This document shows positions 61,253-64,000 of a DNA stretch of 64,000 nucleotides, in pieces. Below the pieces are notes generated by a model. The model worked only from the letters and a program-made list of their open reading frames with translations. It had not been told where the DNA came from and did not search any database. The position numbers and the translations under genes are program-made. The stretch's first letter is position 1. Every line of letters starts with the position of its first letter. This DNA is from Alphaproteobacteria bacterium (GTDB lineage Bacteria > Pseudomonadota > Alphaproteobacteria > UBA828). The stretch covers positions 288,001-352,000 of the forward strand of contig CBDCQT010000013.1 in NCBI GenBank assembly GCA_965220745.1, written 5' to 3'.

Positions 61253-62119
61253 CTACCTCGTGCTCCCTGCGGTCAGGCCGCGGATGAGCCAGCGTTGGAA
61301 GAACATCGCCAACAGGTAGACCGGCACGATGCCGATCAGCGACGCTACCGACATCTGCCCGTAGCGCAGTTGCCGGTCGCCCTGATAGAGCGAGAGGCCC
61401 ACCGGCAGGGTCTGCGTGCTCTCGCTGCGCGTGAGGAAGGAGGCCAGGAGGAACTCGTTGTAGGCCAGGATCAGGCAGATGATCCCGGTGCTGATGATCC
61501 CCGGCATGAGCAGCGGCACAGTGATGCGAAACAGCACGGAGCCGTAGCCCGCGCCGTCGATCCGCGCGGCGTCCTCCAGCTCCTCCGGCAGGCGGCGCAC
61601 GAAGCTCGAGAGCAGCCAGAACGCGACCGGCAGGTTCATCACGCCGTAGACCAGCGCCATGCCGAAGAGCGTGTTCACCAGCCCGATCGAGCGCAGCAGG
61701 AAGAAGAGCGGGAAGAGCGCAACGATTGGCGGCGCCACATAGGTGGCGAGGATGAACGCCGGCAGGAACTTGCCGCCGACGCGGTAGCGCACGATGGCGT
61801 GGGTCGCGGGCACCGCGATGACCAGCGTCACCAGCGCGCCCAAAGCGGCGGCGACAATCGAGTTGCGCAGGTAAGTGCCGACCGCGACGGAGTTCCATGC
61901 GTCCGGGTAGTTCTGCCAGAACCACTCCTCCGGTACGAAGCCGCCGCTCGCGATATCCGGCTGCGTCTTAAACGACACCATGAGCATGAAGATCATGGGG
62001 AAGATGAAGAACAGCACGACCGCCGCAGTCCCCGCCCAGCGGGCGAGGGTCCAGAGATCGACCGGCGCGTCTGCGAGCCAGGTGCCGCCGTCGAACTTTC
62101 TGACTCGGGTGGCCGTCAC
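61253..62119 (-). CDS. CUT1 ABC permease (MalG-type)
   Basis: LPEELEDAARIDGA EAA loop; GTG start overlapping the upstream stop. Confidence 0.9.
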   Translation of the reverse strand: MTATRVRKFDGGTWLADAPVDLWTLARWAGTAAVVLFFIFPMIFMLMVSFKTQPDIASGGFVPEEWFWQNYPDAWNSVAVGTYLRNSIVAAALGALVTLVIAVPATHAIVRYRVGGKFLPAFILATYVAPPIVALFPLFFLLRSIGLVNTLFGMALVYGVMNLPVAFWLLSSFVRRLPEELEDAARIDGAGYGSVLFRITVPLLMPGIISTGIICLILAYNEFLLASFLTRSESTQTLPVGLSLYQGDRQLRYGQMSVASLIGIVPVYLLAMFFQRWLIRGLTAGSTR

Positions 62120-63072
62120 GACAGCCTCTTCTCCGCGATGTCGTGGGCGGTGGTGAAGGGGATGGTGACGAGGCCCACCACCACCGCGAACACGAGGGTC
62201 TGCGCCGCCGCGGCGCCGATGTCGAATTGCTGGATCGCGACCCGGTAGATGTAGAAGCTCGATACCGTCGTCGCCTGGCCGGGCCCGCCGCCGGTCAGCA
62301 CGAAGACGAGGTCGAAGACCTTGAAGGCGATGACCAGCTTGAGCACCGCGATGGCGATTAGCGCCGGTGCCAGCATCGGCAGCGTGATGGACCAGAACAT
62401 CGCAGGGCCTGAGGCACCGTCGAGCTTCGCCGCCTCGTAGATGTCCTCCGGCAGGGTCTGCAGCGCGGCATAGGTCATCAGCGCGATGAAGGGCGTCCAC
62501 TGCCACACGTCCGCCAGACACACGAACGGGAACGCCATGGTGGGCGAGCCCAAGAAACTCACCGGCTGGCTGAAGAGAGCCATGTCCATCAGGAAGCTGT
62601 TGAGCCAGCCGCCCTTGGGCATGAGCAGGAGCTGCCACATGACGGCGACGGTGATAGGCGGAGTCATCAGCGGCAGGAGAATGAGCGTGCGCAGGATCTG
62701 CCGCCCCTTCACCGCGCGGTCGATGAGAAGGGCCACGCAAACGCCGAGGATGACCGACGCCAGCGTCGTCATCAGCGCGAAGACGATGGAGCGGAGGAGG
62801 GACGTGGTGAACTTCGCCTGGCCGATGGAGTCCGTGTAATGCTCGACGCCGACCCATCCTCGGAACAGCGTGCCGAGGTTGGAATCGGAAAAGGAGAGAA
62901 AGATCAGGTAGATGAACGGATAGACGGCGAACACGATCAAGCCGCCGATGAGCGGCATTACCACCGCCCAGCCGATCAGCCGGCGCCGGTCGATCCCGCC
63001 CGTGCCGGGCCAGCGCCGGCTTGTCGGCGGCCCTTGGCGCGTACGCTGCGGCGCGGTGTCGAGGTCAGCCAT
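62116..63072 (-). CDS. CUT1 ABC permease (MalF-type)
   Basis: DVWQWTPF, YEAAKLDGA, TGGGPG. Confidence 0.92.
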   Translation of the reverse strand: MADLDTAPQRTRQGPPTSRRWPGTGGIDRRRLIGWAVVMPLIGGLIVFAVYPFIYLIFLSFSDSNLGTLFRGWVGVEHYTDSIGQAKFTTSLLRSIVFALMTTLASVILGVCVALLIDRAVKGRQILRTLILLPLMTPPITVAVMWQLLLMPKGGWLNSFLMDMALFSQPVSFLGSPTMAFPFVCLADVWQWTPFIALMTYAALQTLPEDIYEAAKLDGASGPAMFWSITLPMLAPALIAIAVLKLVIAFKVFDLVFVLTGGGPGQATTVSSFYIYRVAIQQFDIGAAAAQTLVFAVVVGLVTIPFTTAHDIAEKRLS

Positions 63073-63140
63073 AACGGGAGGACAGGGCGGCCGCAGTCAG
63101 GGTAGTCCCTGAGCGTGCGGCCGCCCGTCCCATGGCTGTA

Positions 63141-64000
63141 CTAACCGAGGATATCCTCCCAGGAGGCCTGGGCATCGGCCATGGCCTGCTCGGCGGTCTT
63201 GTCGCCGGCCATCATCAGTCCAAGCTCGTCCGTGAGCGACTGCATGAGCTTGGGCGATTCCGGCTTCATCGGCCACGGGAAGGCATCGTCGATGGCCTGC
63301 TCCACGGCGTCCGCCTGCAGCGGCGCGAAGTCGCGATAGGCGGGCATCGCCGAGCGCCGGGTCGGGTCCACGCCGGTCGTGTTGTCGGTGAGCACGCGCA
63401 CGTGGAAGTCCTTGCTCGACGACATGCGCACGAACTCCCAGGCCATCTCGGGGTTGTGCGATCCGGACGAGACGCCGAAGGCCCAGCCCGCGTTCATCGC
63501 CGGCCGGTTGACCGTATTGCTGCCGGCGACCGGCATGGGCGACACGCCCCATTTGTCGACGATCTGGCTCTGATTAGCGTCCTGCGCCCAGGTGCCGAGG
63601 TCGGTCCAGAACTCGATCATGGCGGCGCCGCCGCTCAGGAACACCGGGATCGAGTTGCCGAACTCGGTCTCCAGCGGCGTCGGCACCGCAGAGGGACCGG
63701 CATCGAGCATCGTTTGCGCGGCGCCGATCGCGGCGTCGCTGGTCAATGCCGGCGCGCCATTGGCGTCGAGGAAGTCGCCGCCGTAGCCGCCCAGCCGGTT
63801 CGCGTAGGTGGAGCACAGGATGATCGGGAACTGCTTGCACATCAGCAGCGCGCCATAGACGCCGTTGGCCGACTCAGCATCCGTTACCGCCTTGGCGACC
63901 GCATTGTACTCGTCCCACGTCGCCGGCGGCGTCAGCCCGTTCCGGTCGAGAATTTCCTTGTTGTAGAAGAGGACGTGCGTGTCGCCGTCATAGGGCAGGC
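63141..64000 (-). CDS. CUT1 ABC substrate-binding protein, 5' end outside window
   Basis: Frame open to the window edge (LPYDGD..VLFYNK, PATWDEY); SBP_bac_1-like C-terminus. Confidence 0.85.
   Translation of the reverse strand, partial: LPYDGDTHVLFYNKEILDRNGLTPPATWDEYNAVAKAVTDAESANGVYGALLMCKQFPIILCSTYANRLGGYGGDFLDANGAPALTSDAAIGAAQTMLDAGPSAVPTPLETEFGNSIPVFLSGGAAMIEFWTDLGTWAQDANQSQIVDKWGVSPMPVAGSNTVNRPAMNAGWAFGVSSGSHNPEMAWEFVRMSSSKDFHVRVLTDNTTGVDPTRRSAMPAYRDFAPLQADAVEQAIDDAFPWPMKPESPKLMQSLTDELGLMMAGDKTAEQAMADAQASWEDILG

Overview
High-GC alphaproteobacterial chromosomal segment (ChvI/ChvG, HU, RuvX, DUF1150-Hsp20, alphaproteobacterial-type REP palindromes). It is dominated by catabolic and transport genes: two hydantoinase/oxoprolinase genes, amidohydrolases, SDRs, GSTs, a branched-chain-amino-acid-type ABC system with one binding protein but two complete permease/ATPase sets, and two sugar ABC systems flanking a GMC oxidoreductase and a Rieske oxygenase. 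The most unusual part is 2.8-5.4 kb. It holds a full-length tRNA with its own promoter whose Arg-type body carries a Gly (CCC) anticodon, a surrounding cluster of DnaA-box-like motifs, and an IS4 element inserted in a REP palindrome, all bracketed by two copies of a dispersed repeat that I could not assign. Other candidates: a DUF4258/HTH toxin-antitoxin-like pair with two palindromic operators; a regulated operon ending in a secreted helical-repeat protein with a C-terminal CxxCH; a 2OG-Fe(II) hydroxylase coupled to a non-canonical SHMT; a CoA-lyase/4-hydroxybutyryl-CoA-dehydratase-like/LinA-like cluster; and a low-GC HEPN-like gene beside SRAP. All product calls come from motif recognition by eye; no database searches were run.
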